DNA of 54,311 nt. It comes from Clostridiales bacterium UBA7573 (GTDB lineage: Bacteria; Bacillota; Clostridia; Oscillospirales; CAG-272). Location of the stretch: contig DLLB01000083.1 of the NCBI GenBank assembly GCA_002477905.1, forward strand, positions 1 through 54,311, written 5' to 3'. The notes below the pieces were generated by a model. That model did not search any database and was not told the DNA's origin. It saw nothing but the letters and a program-made list of their open reading frames with translations. Below, in pieces: positions 43,651-52,908 of the stretch. Positions within the stretch are counted from its first letter, which is position 1. The number at the start of each line of letters is the position of its first letter. The position numbers and the translations under genes are program-made.

Positions 43651-45744
43651 TCAAGTTCCGGTACGCGCGGCTTTTGCCTGCGCGATCAGTTTTTGCGCGA
43701 TGCCATCCGGCACTTCTTCATAACCGGTCACCGTATAGGCAAAACGTCCGCGCCCCTGCGTCATCGCACGCAGTCCCGTCACATAATCTCCCATCTCGGC
43801 AAGCGGGACAATGGCACTCACGGTCTGGCAACCGCTACGCGTTTCATCCGCTTCAATTCCGCTGACACGTCCGCGTCGATGCGGCAGATCGCCCAATACA
43901 TCCCCCACATACGCATCCGGCACGCTGACATTTAAGGAAACCACCGGCTCCAAAAGTACCGGATCCGCACGCAGTAAGCCCTCCCGATAAGCAAGCCGCG
44001 CCGCGAGCTTGAAGGAGATCTCATTGGAATCCACATCATGATAAGAACCGTCGTATAGATCCGCTGCAAGATGTACCATCGGATAGCCCGCCAATACGCC
44101 GCCTTCCGCCATGGCATCCAGAAGTCCTTTTTCCACCGCGGGGAAGAAATTTTTCGGCACGGCACCGCCGAACACGGATTCCGTAAAAGTCAGCCCCTCC
44201 GCTTCTCCCGGTGCAAAATGAATTTTAACATGCCCGTATTGCCCTGCCCCGCCGGATTGTTTCTTATGCTTTCCTTCCGCATCCACCTTCGAACGGATTG
44301 TCTCCCGATAGGCAATGCGCGGTTCGATGAGCTCTACCGCAGTGCCAAAGCGATTTTTCAGTTTAGCTGTCAGCACATCCAAATGGGTATCGCCCAAACC
44401 ATACAGCAAAAGTTGTTTGGTCTGCGCATCATTTTCAAAACGAATGGTGTAGTCTTCTTCCAAAAGCCGTGCAATGCCGGCAGAAATTTTATCTTCATCT
44501 CCACGCGACAAGGGTTTCACCGCACGACAGACATACGGCGTCGGATAAGCAATCGGCAGATAGCGCAACGCATCCGATCGTGTCGTCAAGGTATCATTGG
44601 TATTGGTGACGCTGAGTTTTGCGGTCATGCCGAGATCGCCGCAGGTGAGCTCCGCCACCGGAACCTGTTTCTTCCCACGCATCAGATACAGCTTTCCGAT
44701 TTTCTCCTCCGCGTCTTTGGTGGTATTGCGTAGCGTCATACCCTCGCGCACCGTACCGCTCATCACTTTGAAAAACGACATTTTCCCGACAAACGGATCG
44801 GCAACGGTTTTGAAGATAAACAACGAGGGATCCGCGCTTTCCTTTTCAATCGGAAGCTCTCCGATGGTGCCGTCCGGCAAAAGGATCCGCTCCGTTTTCC
44901 GCGCGGTCGGACGCGGGAATGAATCCGCGATCGTATCCATGAACGTCTTGATGCCCCACATTTTTGTCGCCGCCCCGCAGAATACCGGAATGATATCGCC
45001 ATGAATGATCCCCTCATGAATGGCTTCCACTGCTTCTTCGTGCGTGATTTCTTCTCCGGCAAAGAATTTTTCCATCAAGGCTTCTCCGGTTTGTGCAATC
45101 GACTCCAAAAGCAGATTGTGATATTCGTCGCAAACCTCGGTGAATACGCTGGGAATCTCACTTTGCAGATACGATCCCGTCGCAGAATCAAACGTATATA
45201 CCACCTGATCAATCAGATTGACAAACCCGATGACTTTATCCCCGTCAATAAGCGGAATCTGAATCGGGCAAACCGTCACGCCAAAGCGTTCGCGCAAAGC
45301 GCCAAAGGCGCGCCGGAACCGGCATTCCCCATCATCAAAACGGTTGATAAAAAAGGCTTTCGGAATGCCCGCCTTGGTCGCGGCATCCCACGCAATCTCC
45401 GTACCGACTTCTACCCCTGCTTTGCCATCCACCACAATGACCGCGGCGTCTGCAACCCGCACACACTGCGATAGCTCTCCTTCAAAATCCAGATACCCCG
45501 GTACATCCAGAATATGAAAACGGATCTCCCGCCAAGTCAAAGAGGCAAGGGACGCTGACAGAGAAAATCCGCGCCGGATCTCCTCCCCGTCATAATCGCA
45601 AACCGTGTTTCCCTCAGAAACCTTTCCCAAACGGTCGGTTTCGTTTGCGATGTAAAGCATTGCTTCGGCAAGCGACGTTTTTCCGCCGCCGCTATGCCCG
45701 AGTAAGCACAAACTGCGGATATTCTTGGTTGACACTTTTTCCAT
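43651..45744 (-). CDS. elongation factor G paralog (EF-G2-type translational GTPase)
   Basis: 697 aa. G1 GHSGGGKT, G3 DVPGY, G4 NRFD, and EF-G domains II-V (e.g. HKKQSGGAGQYGHV). AAGGAGAA RBS. Confidence 0.9.
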   Translation of the reverse strand: MEKVSTKNIRSLCLLGHSGGGKTSLAEAMLYIANETDRLGKVSEGNTVCDYDGEEIRRGFSLSASLASLTWREIRFHILDVPGYLDFEGELSQCVRVADAAVIVVDGKAGVEVGTEIAWDAATKAGIPKAFFINRFDDGECRFRRAFGALRERFGVTVCPIQIPLIDGDKVIGFVNLIDQVVYTFDSATGSYLQSEIPSVFTEVCDEYHNLLLESIAQTGEALMEKFFAGEEITHEEAVEAIHEGIIHGDIIPVFCGAATKMWGIKTFMDTIADSFPRPTARKTERILLPDGTIGELPIEKESADPSLFIFKTVADPFVGKMSFFKVMSGTVREGMTLRNTTKDAEEKIGKLYLMRGKKQVPVAELTCGDLGMTAKLSVTNTNDTLTTRSDALRYLPIAYPTPYVCRAVKPLSRGDEDKISAGIARLLEEDYTIRFENDAQTKQLLLYGLGDTHLDVLTAKLKNRFGTAVELIEPRIAYRETIRSKVDAEGKHKKQSGGAGQYGHVKIHFAPGEAEGLTFTESVFGGAVPKNFFPAVEKGLLDAMAEGGVLAGYPMVHLAADLYDGSYHDVDSNEISFKLAARLAYREGLLRADPVLLEPVVSLNVSVPDAYVGDVLGDLPHRRGRVSGIEADETRSGCQTVSAIVPLAEMGDYVTGLRAMTQGRGRFAYTVTGYEEVPDGIAQKLIAQAKAARTGT

Positions 45745-45800
45745 GATGGGTTCTCCTTTTCCATTTTGTATTCAAGCTATGAACGCATAACTCTATTTTT

Positions 45801-45829
45801 ATTATAGCGGATTCCCATGGAAAATGCAA
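45801..45829 (-). promoter_or_regulatory. putative promoter of the EF-G paralog
   Basis: On the minus strand: TTGCAT (45829-45824), 17-nt spacer, TATAAT (45806-45801). Confidence 0.55.
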
Positions 45830-45906
45830 GCAAATTTCTGATGTTTTTGTACATCACATGTAAAATTATTTGAAGTTTGATTGGTTATTTTGCACAATAT
45901 ATGGCT

Positions 45907-45944
45907 ATAAAAAAGCATCCGCAAATCTTTCGATCTGCGGATGC
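45907..45944 (-). terminator. intrinsic terminator of the large secreted protein gene
   Basis: 13-bp stem with one mismatch (45915-45944, GCATCCGCAGATC/GATTTGCGGATGC on the minus strand), followed by TTTTTTAT. A second GC-rich hairpin at 45954-45985 precedes it. Confidence 0.75.
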
Positions 45945-45992
45945 CATTGCTTTGGAGGTCGTGCATGGAGAGGGACACGACCTCCCGGGGAA

Positions 45993-48900
45993 TCAGAATT
46001 CAAAATCCGGATAAAGTTTCTTCAGTGCTTCTTTCACTTCCGCGGTCTGTGCTTCGTAGCAAGCAAGCGCTACATCTTTGCAGCTTCTGACCATTGCGTC
46101 GGAATAGAGATAGGTGTACTCCGTTGCGCCGGCTTCGCGATATGCACAATATGCCACTGCCGTGTAAGAAATGTCATAGCCGTTTACTTCCTGAATGTCG
46201 CCATCTACGAGCATCATCGTGGAAGTCGGAATGTTGATCACCGCACCGGTGAAGCACAGCGTGTCATCATCCTGGTTGTAGATCTTATCTGCAACGATAT
46301 TGAACGCGTCTTTATTCGCGATGGTCAACTTCTCATTGTCGCCAAGGAAGGAAGTCGGAACGATCAGAATACCAAAGATAAAGTCGCCGTCTTCCGCATA
46401 AGTATAGTTGCTTCCTTTGCGGACAAAATTCTGATACAACAAGGATTTGCTGAGCTGTGCTTTGAAACGCAAGCCCTGGCTACCCGTATAACGGATGGAA
46501 GCACCGATCAGTTCCAGCTCCGTTCCTGCGGTGATGTCCTTGAATGCTTCTGCGTCTTTCTGTGCGATCTTCGCCAGTGCAAGAACCGGATATTTGCCTG
46601 CCGCAACTGTCCAGGTGTTCTCAAAGTCGAAGCCATCCAGCGTATACTCTGCCACAAAGCCGCGCAACTGATCTTTGGTTACAACCTTCGCGCCGGTAGG
46701 AAGTCCAGCTGTCATCGGAACAGCAACGCCGTCCTTCAGATAAGTGGAGCCTTCTGCGACTACATATACGTTCGTTGCCGTGATATTCCCCACACCGTTG
46801 CCGGCAACCAAACCAATCGCGCCGCTCTTACCTGCTGTGATCGTCATCATAGACAGGCAGTTTTCCATGACATTTTTTCCGCCGCAACCGGAGATGAACG
46901 CGCCTGCGTGTCCGCCATAGTTTTCATGCAGTTTGATCGAGCCTTCCAACATCACATTTTTGATGGTGACGCCGTTCGACCAACCTACCACGCCGCCGGT
47001 CGGCTTTCCGCCACTTCCTGCAACCGTTCTTTCAATATCAGCCTTGATATAGATGTTTTCAATCAATGTGCCGCCCGGCATGCAGGTAATCACACCTACC
47101 CAGTCGGAAGCGCCCTTGGAAACGATCTTCGCATTGATCAAGCCGAAGTTTTTGATGACGGCTGTGCCTGTTGCGGATGCAAACAATCCGAGCATGGCAT
47201 CGCCCTTACCGTCGCTTTCCATGTACAGATTGTACAGGTTGTGTCCCGCGCCATCGAAAGTACCGGCAAACTGTGCGCCGTTCGGATAGGATTTCGCGGT
47301 CGGATTGTCATTCGGGTTCAGATAAATATCATTTGCAAGTTTGATATATTTGCCGCTGAAAGTATTGCCTGCTGCGCTGTCTTTCAAGAACTTTTCAAAC
47401 TGCATTGCCGTGGAGATGAGGTACGGATTTTCCGCAGTACCTGCACCGGTATAAGAAGTAAGCGCATTATAGAAGCTGTCCTTCAATACGGTCGGAACCA
47501 CATAACCCTCTACCGCAACAAATGCATTGGTATCCAACAGACTCTTCTGCATATCCGCAAGAGAAACATCCGAGGTCTTGTATTCCGTTCCGGTAGAAGT
47601 ATGCAATCTGCCGGCGCCGTTCTTGATGGTATAGGAATTGGTAAACAAATTCTTGTTGTTGTGCGTCCACTCAAATGCATTAATCCGGTTAGAGATCACA
47701 TAAGAGTTTTCCACAGAAGAATTTCCGCCTACACCGGCAAAGAACGCGCAGTCCGCCATACCGCCCCATGTCTTAGAATCGCCGCCTTTTTCCAACAAGC
47801 CGACAAAGAACGAATTCTTGATCTTCACATTGCCACCCGTATAGCCACCGAATGCGCCGCAACGGAATTCTTCATTTCTCGGTGTACCATCGGCATTTTT
47901 CGTTGCGTTGATCTGTGTGAGTTTGGTATTGAACATCCCCACATTCTCAATGGTCGCAGCACCGCCTGCGCACAGTGCGCCGGCATATGCCTTCCGGTCA
48001 TTTCCTGTTTTATCTTCCGAAATATTCCGTGTGACGGTAATTTCATAATCATAAATCAAGAAATTCTTAAGCGTAGCATTTGCCAACAGACCAAAGAAGC
48101 CATACTTATCATTATCGCCACTTGTAATAGTGCCGGAAATCCGCAAGCCTTTAATCACGTGTCCCTGACCGTCAAACGTACCGGCAAACGGTTTTAACTG
48201 ATTCACACCGATCGGTTTGAAGTTTTCCACGCCGCTCATATCAATGTCCGCGGTCAGTTTTACTGTTTTTCCGCTGTAATCATTGCCGCCATTGACTGCC
48301 TCGGAGAATTTCACAAGATCCGCCGCAGTGGCGATCTCCAACAGTTCCTCCACCGGCGTTGCGGATATGCCGAAGAACAACTCTTTGATCTCCGCTTCCG
48401 TGTGTTTTGCGGTGAAAATTTTCTGAATCGGCAATGTATCTGCATAGACCGTCCAAATGTCCTCGGAACCAAACAATGCCGGCATATTGGTCTTTGCGGC
48501 TTCGCCTTTCATTTTATCCACAGTCACCGTTGCGTTCGGATAAGCGCCTGCTTTCGTTCCGCTGATACTACCGATATTCGGCGCATAAACGCCTCCCCAA
48601 GTGCTGGCACCGGCAACCCATCCGGTCAAGGCGTTGGTACCGGTCGCATAGCCGCGGGTAACTGTCACACCGCCTGCGCCGCTGATAAAGGAAGCCATGC
48701 CGCAAGTACCGTTCGCCGCGACATCGGTAATGCTACCGCCGTTTACATAGCTGAGCACCAGTCCGCCGTCGCTTTGGGCACCGGATCTCGTTACAGTACC
48801 TTTGACATAAATTTTGCTGAAGTGTCCATCTGCGCCGGCAAGTGCCGCGATATTGGTATACTTCACGTTTCCGTTCGGATCGGTGTAGCCGATCGTAGTG

Positions 48901-49838
48901 TCTGCGGTTGCCTTTGTCCATGCATTCAAGGTTGCGTTACCGCTGTTTGCATTTTTCATAGCAAAATATTCGGTTCCGTCGCCGATCTTGCCGCCGTCTG
49001 CACCTTTAATCTGTTTTAAGTACATTTTGCCGACGGCATAGGTCGTGCCGCCAAGGGAAACTTCCGATGCAAACGGATCGCATCCGTCCGCTTTTGCACT
49101 ATACTTGCCGGTAAATTTGGTGCTTAAATCCGGATCAAGCGAAGTGCCCGAAGTCTTTGCAATCCGGATGCCGCCATCGGCGTCTTTGGAGCCGACATTC
49201 ACATTGACATAGCAATCCACCAATGCGACATTGGAAATGGAAGTTTTATCCGAGGTTGCGCCAAACAGACCTGCGCAGTAGATCAAAAACGATTCCCGAT
49301 GCACGCCATAATATGCGTTTACAATTTCTTTGCCGTCTGCGGTTTTTTCTCCGGTCTTGACGTAGTATGCAAAATCGCCGCTGCCGTCCACCATTTTTTG
49401 CGCTTCTGCTTCCAAAAGCGTCGGTTTCAGTGCTTCGTTGATGCACAAGCCATATACTGCATAACCGTCGCCATTGAATTTGCCTTCAAACTTCACACCG
49501 CTGTGCAAGCCGATCGGCGACCAATCTTTCGGGCTGTTCGTTTGCCAGTCGGCTTTGGTGATATCGTTGAGCCAAATATCCGCGGTGAGCTTGAGATATT
49601 GACCTTGATAACTGGTTCCGTTGTTGACGGAATTTGCAAGATACGCGAGCTGTTCTGCATTCGCGATCTGATACGGATCTGCCTCCGTACCCGAACCGCC
49701 CGCAAATGCGGTTGCCGCCGTGCCGTCCCAGATGTCAGGCGTCGTTTCGGCAAGCGCCGGCAAAGCGATGATCGGGCAAACTGCCAACACCATCAGGATC
49801 GCCAGGAGCGCGGAAAAAATACGATGTGTTTTTTTCAT
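45993..49838 (-). CDS. 1281-aa secreted protein with three GLUG-motif / parallel beta-helix-like modules
   Basis: Signal peptide MKKTHRIFSALLAILMVLAVCPIIALPALA. There are three modules, each opening with a similar helix (GSGTEADPYQIANAEQLAYLANSV; PVEELLEIATAADLVKFSEAV; GAGTAENPYLISTAMQFEKFL), followed by F.G.F(N/D)G.G and repeated G(L/F)FG....I.N motifs. No LPXTG, SLH or choline-binding anchor was seen. GGAGGG RBS. Confidence 0.88.
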   Translation of the reverse strand: MKKTHRIFSALLAILMVLAVCPIIALPALAETTPDIWDGTAATAFAGGSGTEADPYQIANAEQLAYLANSVNNGTSYQGQYLKLTADIWLNDITKADWQTNSPKDWSPIGLHSGVKFEGKFNGDGYAVYGLCINEALKPTLLEAEAQKMVDGSGDFAYYVKTGEKTADGKEIVNAYYGVHRESFLIYCAGLFGATSDKTSISNVALVDCYVNVNVGSKDADGGIRIAKTSGTSLDPDLSTKFTGKYSAKADGCDPFASEVSLGGTTYAVGKMYLKQIKGADGGKIGDGTEYFAMKNANSGNATLNAWTKATADTTIGYTDPNGNVKYTNIAALAGADGHFSKIYVKGTVTRSGAQSDGGLVLSYVNGGSITDVAANGTCGMASFISGAGGVTVTRGYATGTNALTGWVAGASTWGGVYAPNIGSISGTKAGAYPNATVTVDKMKGEAAKTNMPALFGSEDIWTVYADTLPIQKIFTAKHTEAEIKELFFGISATPVEELLEIATAADLVKFSEAVNGGNDYSGKTVKLTADIDMSGVENFKPIGVNQLKPFAGTFDGQGHVIKGLRISGTITSGDNDKYGFFGLLANATLKNFLIYDYEITVTRNISEDKTGNDRKAYAGALCAGGAATIENVGMFNTKLTQINATKNADGTPRNEEFRCGAFGGYTGGNVKIKNSFFVGLLEKGGDSKTWGGMADCAFFAGVGGNSSVENSYVISNRINAFEWTHNNKNLFTNSYTIKNGAGRLHTSTGTEYKTSDVSLADMQKSLLDTNAFVAVEGYVVPTVLKDSFYNALTSYTGAGTAENPYLISTAMQFEKFLKDSAAGNTFSGKYIKLANDIYLNPNDNPTAKSYPNGAQFAGTFDGAGHNLYNLYMESDGKGDAMLGLFASATGTAVIKNFGLINAKIVSKGASDWVGVITCMPGGTLIENIYIKADIERTVAGSGGKPTGGVVGWSNGVTIKNVMLEGSIKLHENYGGHAGAFISGCGGKNVMENCLSMMTITAGKSGAIGLVAGNGVGNITATNVYVVAEGSTYLKDGVAVPMTAGLPTGAKVVTKDQLRGFVAEYTLDGFDFENTWTVAAGKYPVLALAKIAQKDAEAFKDITAGTELELIGASIRYTGSQGLRFKAQLSKSLLYQNFVRKGSNYTYAEDGDFIFGILIVPTSFLGDNEKLTIANKDAFNIVADKIYNQDDDTLCFTGAVINIPTSTMMLVDGDIQEVNGYDISYTAVAYCAYREAGATEYTYLYSDAMVRSCKDVALACYEAQTAEVKEALKKLYPDFEF

Positions 49839-49895
49839 AGGTTTCCCTCCATTTTGAATTAACTGCGGCAGAGCGCCGCCAGTTCCTTTGCTCTA

Positions 49896-49924
49896 ATTGT
49901 AAACTTTTTTTGTGGATTTGTCAA
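49896..49924 (-). promoter_or_regulatory. putative promoter of the large secreted protein gene
   Basis: On the minus strand: TTGACA (49924-49919), 17-nt spacer, TACAAT (49901-49896). Confidence 0.55.
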
Positions 49925-50073
49925 GTAGTCTTTGCTTGGTTTTATGCGTATTTATCGCTTTTCAGCAGTTTTCACAAATCTGATTGTGTATTTTTAACAG
50001 ATAGAACAAAGAAAGCGGCTCCGTGCAGGAGCATCCCCGCCGTTTCCGCTTCATTTTTCTTTTGCTCTACGGT

Positions 50074-50739
50074 TCACCCTTGTGCCTGCGTATCCCGCAG
50101 GTCCAAAGCGTCCGTAGATAAAAACACCTGCGCGGTGAGGTCATTGGTCACCGGCAGCATCCGCGTCGCGCCGCATTTGCGGCAGTAGATCAGCACGCTG
50201 TCCACCATAAATTCCACCGCATAATCTCCGTCATGCGCAGGGCAATTACAGTACACTTTCTTTTCATCCGCAAGGTCGCGCACCGTAAACCGCACCAGAT
50301 CTTCGATCTGTGCGTCGCGCGCGTCCGGTTCTTCACGGTACTGCGCGGCAAACGCGGAAAAGTCCGGGATCTGATGCTCCTCCATGATTTTCAAAAGCTG
50401 CTCGTCCGCCTGTTTTGCCGCCGCGATCACCGCTTCTTTCTGCCCGACAAATCCGATGGGCAGATCGGCGTATTTACAAGGGAATGCGTACAATGTTCTG
50501 CCGAGAATCATGGACAGGGGGAGCGTATAAATATGGGGCTTGGGACAAAGATAGCAAGGGAGAGAAAAGCGGATTTTGTCCCCGTTTTCCCGTTCCATGG
50601 TCAGTTCGCTTTGTCCGCAGTCACATTTGAGTTTCATCAGATCGCCGGACAGTGCAAATACGCCGACCAGGCTTAAGATATGTTTGCCGCAATGCGGGCA
50701 ACGGTATGCCACAGTGATGTCTTTCAGATTCGGTATCAT
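50074..50739 (-). CDS. Cys-rich zinc-ribbon protein of unknown function (221 aa)
   Basis: Mirrored Cys pairs: CPHC...(21 aa)...CDC in the N-terminal part and CNC...(20 aa)...CRKC in the C-terminal part, plus CYLC. Start trimmed from the ORF-track 50949 to ATG 50739 (MIPNLKD, AAAGGAA RBS). Confidence 0.7.
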   Translation of the reverse strand: MIPNLKDITVAYRCPHCGKHILSLVGVFALSGDLMKLKCDCGQSELTMERENGDKIRFSLPCYLCPKPHIYTLPLSMILGRTLYAFPCKYADLPIGFVGQKEAVIAAAKQADEQLLKIMEEHQIPDFSAFAAQYREEPDARDAQIEDLVRFTVRDLADEKKVYCNCPAHDGDYAVEFMVDSVLIYCRKCGATRMLPVTNDLTAQVFLSTDALDLRDTQAQG

Positions 50740-50801
50740 AAACAGTTCCTTTCGGTGAGAAATTCCGGTGAAAAATTCGGGCGTAGAATCAGAAATCAAG
50801 C

Positions 50802-51497
50802 TTACGCCTGCTCCTTGTGGGAGATCAGTCCCGCGGTCGGCGCAGCCGGCACGTCCAGTTTGACGGATTGCGCAGGGCGCGCGGTGCTGAATACTTCCAT
50901 GGTGAACAGGGGCTCCGCTTGTGACGGCGCGCTCTTGCAGAAAATACACAGCGTCAGCTCCGTCACCGTGTCAAACGGTACCTCCCCAAACAACAGCCGC
51001 TGAAAGCGGTTGACATTGCGGGAGTCCATCACAGAATCATATTGTCTGTACAGATTGCCCGCCTGATCGCGCAGGGCAAACATAAACAGTTCCGCATGGT
51101 TATCCGGTTCGGCAACACCGTATTCTGCCGCGATGGAGCGGGTGATACTGCGGTTATAACGCACGGTGAGCTGAAACTGCTTTGCCGCAGGCAGATAGTT
51201 GACATAGCCGCAGAAAAACGCAAAGCGATTGCCGGCTTTGGTGGTGATCTCGTCCAGATCCTCCGGGATCTTCTGCGTATAAGCGCAGAAAGTAGATTTG
51301 TCGGTACAAGCCGCATAGGCGTCCAGCGTGGTTTGATTATACAGAAATGCTTTGGTCGTCCGCGTTGCGCCATCCGTGCACATCCGGAAAAACAGGATCA
51401 GATACACGCCGACGACAAGCAAAATCGCGATGATCCGCAATACACGACGCACTTTGCCGGGACGTTCTTCTTCCTCCGGGTAATAATCTTCAGCCAT
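50802..51497 (-). CDS. single-pass membrane-anchored protein of unknown function (231 aa)
   Basis: Acidic N-terminus MAEDYYPEEEERPGK, one TM helix (VLRIIAILLVVGVYLILFF), then a ~175-aa extracytoplasmic domain. Start trimmed to ATG 51497, which has a GGAGGA RBS. Confidence 0.7.
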   Translation of the reverse strand: MAEDYYPEEEERPGKVRRVLRIIAILLVVGVYLILFFRMCTDGATRTTKAFLYNQTTLDAYAACTDKSTFCAYTQKIPEDLDEITTKAGNRFAFFCGYVNYLPAAKQFQLTVRYNRSITRSIAAEYGVAEPDNHAELFMFALRDQAGNLYRQYDSVMDSRNVNRFQRLLFGEVPFDTVTELTLCIFCKSAPSQAEPLFTMEVFSTARPAQSVKLDVPAAPTAGLISHKEQA

Positions 51498-51542
51498 GGC
51501 GATTCCTCCGTTCTGGATGCCGCAAAGCGGCAGGATAGATAC

Positions 51543-51571
51543 AGTATAGCACATTTTTTCAAAAGATTCAA
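51543..51571 (-). promoter_or_regulatory. putative promoter of the membrane-anchor / zinc-ribbon gene pair
   Basis: On the minus strand: TTGAAT (51571-51566), 17-nt spacer, TGcTATACT (-10 at 51548-51543). Confidence 0.5.
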
Positions 51572-51581
51572 GGGAATCCTA

Positions 51582-51610
51582 TTGCAATCGGGAAAATTTT
51601 GTGTTAAAAT
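51582..51610 (+). promoter_or_regulatory. putative promoter of the aminotransferase-azlCD unit
   Basis: TTGCAA (51582-51587), 17-nt spacer, TGtTAAAAT (-10 at 51605-51610). Confidence 0.55.
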
Positions 51611-51666
51611 AGCGCTGATACATAATTTTTATATAAGAATATCAAGAATATGAGGAAGGAAGCAAA

Positions 51667-52878
51667 ATGGATTACCGTATTTCCGAAAAATTCAAACATC
51701 TGAAACCGTCCGCCATTCGGGAAATCTTCAAATCGCTTGTAGATCCGCAGATCATCGCGTTTGCCGCGGGCAATCCCGCCGCCGCATCCTTTCCGGCGCA
51801 AGCCATTGCCAAGATCTCGGCGGATATTTGGGAAAATCAAGCCACTGCCGCTCTGCAATACGGAACGACGGAAGGGTACACGCCCCTGCGGGAGCAGGTA
51901 AAGGCGCGGTTATCCTCCAAATTCGCCATTGATACGGCGGCAAATGAAACCATTCTCGTTTCCGGCGGTCAGCAAGGGCTGGAGCTTGCCTGCAAGGTTC
52001 TGTGCGATGAGCAGGACGTCGTGATCGCGGAAGAACCCAGCTTTATCGGCGCGCTCAACGCATTCCGCACCATTGGCGCACGTCTGGTGGGCGTGCCGCT
52101 GGAGGCAGACGGCATGAATCTTGCGGCTTTGGAAACCGCCTTGCGCGAAAATCCGCGCGCAAAAATGATCTACACCATTCCCACCTTTCACAATCCTGCC
52201 GGCATCACGACTTCCCTTGCCAAACGGCGCGAAATCTACGCGCTTGCCAAACGCTACCACGTCATGATCTTAGAGGACAATCCCTATGGCGAACTGCGGT
52301 TTTCCGGAGAGGAAATCCCGACGATCAAAAGCATGGATACGGACGGGATCGTGCTCTATTGCGGTTCTTTTTCCAAAGTATTCTCTGCCGGCATGCGCGT
52401 CGGATTTGTGTGCGGTCCCGCGCCGGTCATCAGTAAGATGGTCGTGGCAAAGCAAGTAGAGGATGTACACACCAATCAATTTGCACAGATGCTCTGCTCC
52501 GCATTCCTTGCACAGTATGATTTTGACGCGCACCTTGCAAAGATCAAAGATCTGTATCGCAGAAAATGTGCGCTGATGCTGTCGGAGCTTGACCGACAGA
52601 TGCCAAAATGCGTATCCTTCACCCGTCCGGACGGCGGTCTGTTCGTATGGCTGACGTTGCCGGAAGCGGTTGATCTTTCGGCATTTGTGCAGGCGACGCT
52701 TGCGAAAAAAGTCGCGGTCGTGCCGGGCACGGCGTTTCTATGCGATCCGAACGGCAGTTCCCACTCGTTCCGGATCACCTATTCCACGCCGACCGAAGAA
52801 CAGATTGTGCGCGGCGTAAAGATTCTTGCAGATACCGCAAAGGAAATGATGGATGCGGCAGGCATCCCCCATAAGTAA
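51667..52878 (+). CDS. PLP-dependent aminotransferase, class I/II fold
   Basis: 403 aa. It has FAAGNP near the N-terminus, NPYGELRF, and the PLP-lysine motif GSFSKVFSAGMRVGF. GAGGAAGGAAG RBS. Confidence 0.88.
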   Translation: MDYRISEKFKHLKPSAIREIFKSLVDPQIIAFAAGNPAAASFPAQAIAKISADIWENQATAALQYGTTEGYTPLREQVKARLSSKFAIDTAANETILVSGGQQGLELACKVLCDEQDVVIAEEPSFIGALNAFRTIGARLVGVPLEADGMNLAALETALRENPRAKMIYTIPTFHNPAGITTSLAKRREIYALAKRYHVMILEDNPYGELRFSGEEIPTIKSMDTDGIVLYCGSFSKVFSAGMRVGFVCGPAPVISKMVVAKQVEDVHTNQFAQMLCSAFLAQYDFDAHLAKIKDLYRRKCALMLSELDRQMPKCVSFTRPDGGLFVWLTLPEAVDLSAFVQATLAKKVAVVPGTAFLCDPNGSSHSFRITYSTPTEEQIVRGVKILADTAKEMMDAAGIPHK

Positions 52879-52908
52879 TTTCTCATTTGGGCAAGAGGCA
52901 CGAAAACC

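Noticed and set aside
45850-45862. Small palindrome TACAT-cac-ATGTA upstream of the EF-G paralog promoter
   Set aside because: The arms are 5 bp and AT-rich, which is expected by chance in an AT-rich intergenic region.
45870-48197. 775-aa + strand ORF
   Set aside because: It is antisense to the 1281-aa secreted protein, which has a signal peptide, an RBS and repeated motifs. The + strand product is Cys/Arg/Ile-rich low-complexity sequence with no start context.
50740-50949. N-terminal 70 codons of ORF-track entry 50074-50949
   Set aside because: The extension overlaps the upstream gene's 3' end and has no RBS. ATG 50739 has an AAAGGAA RBS and starts just before the first CxxC knuckle.
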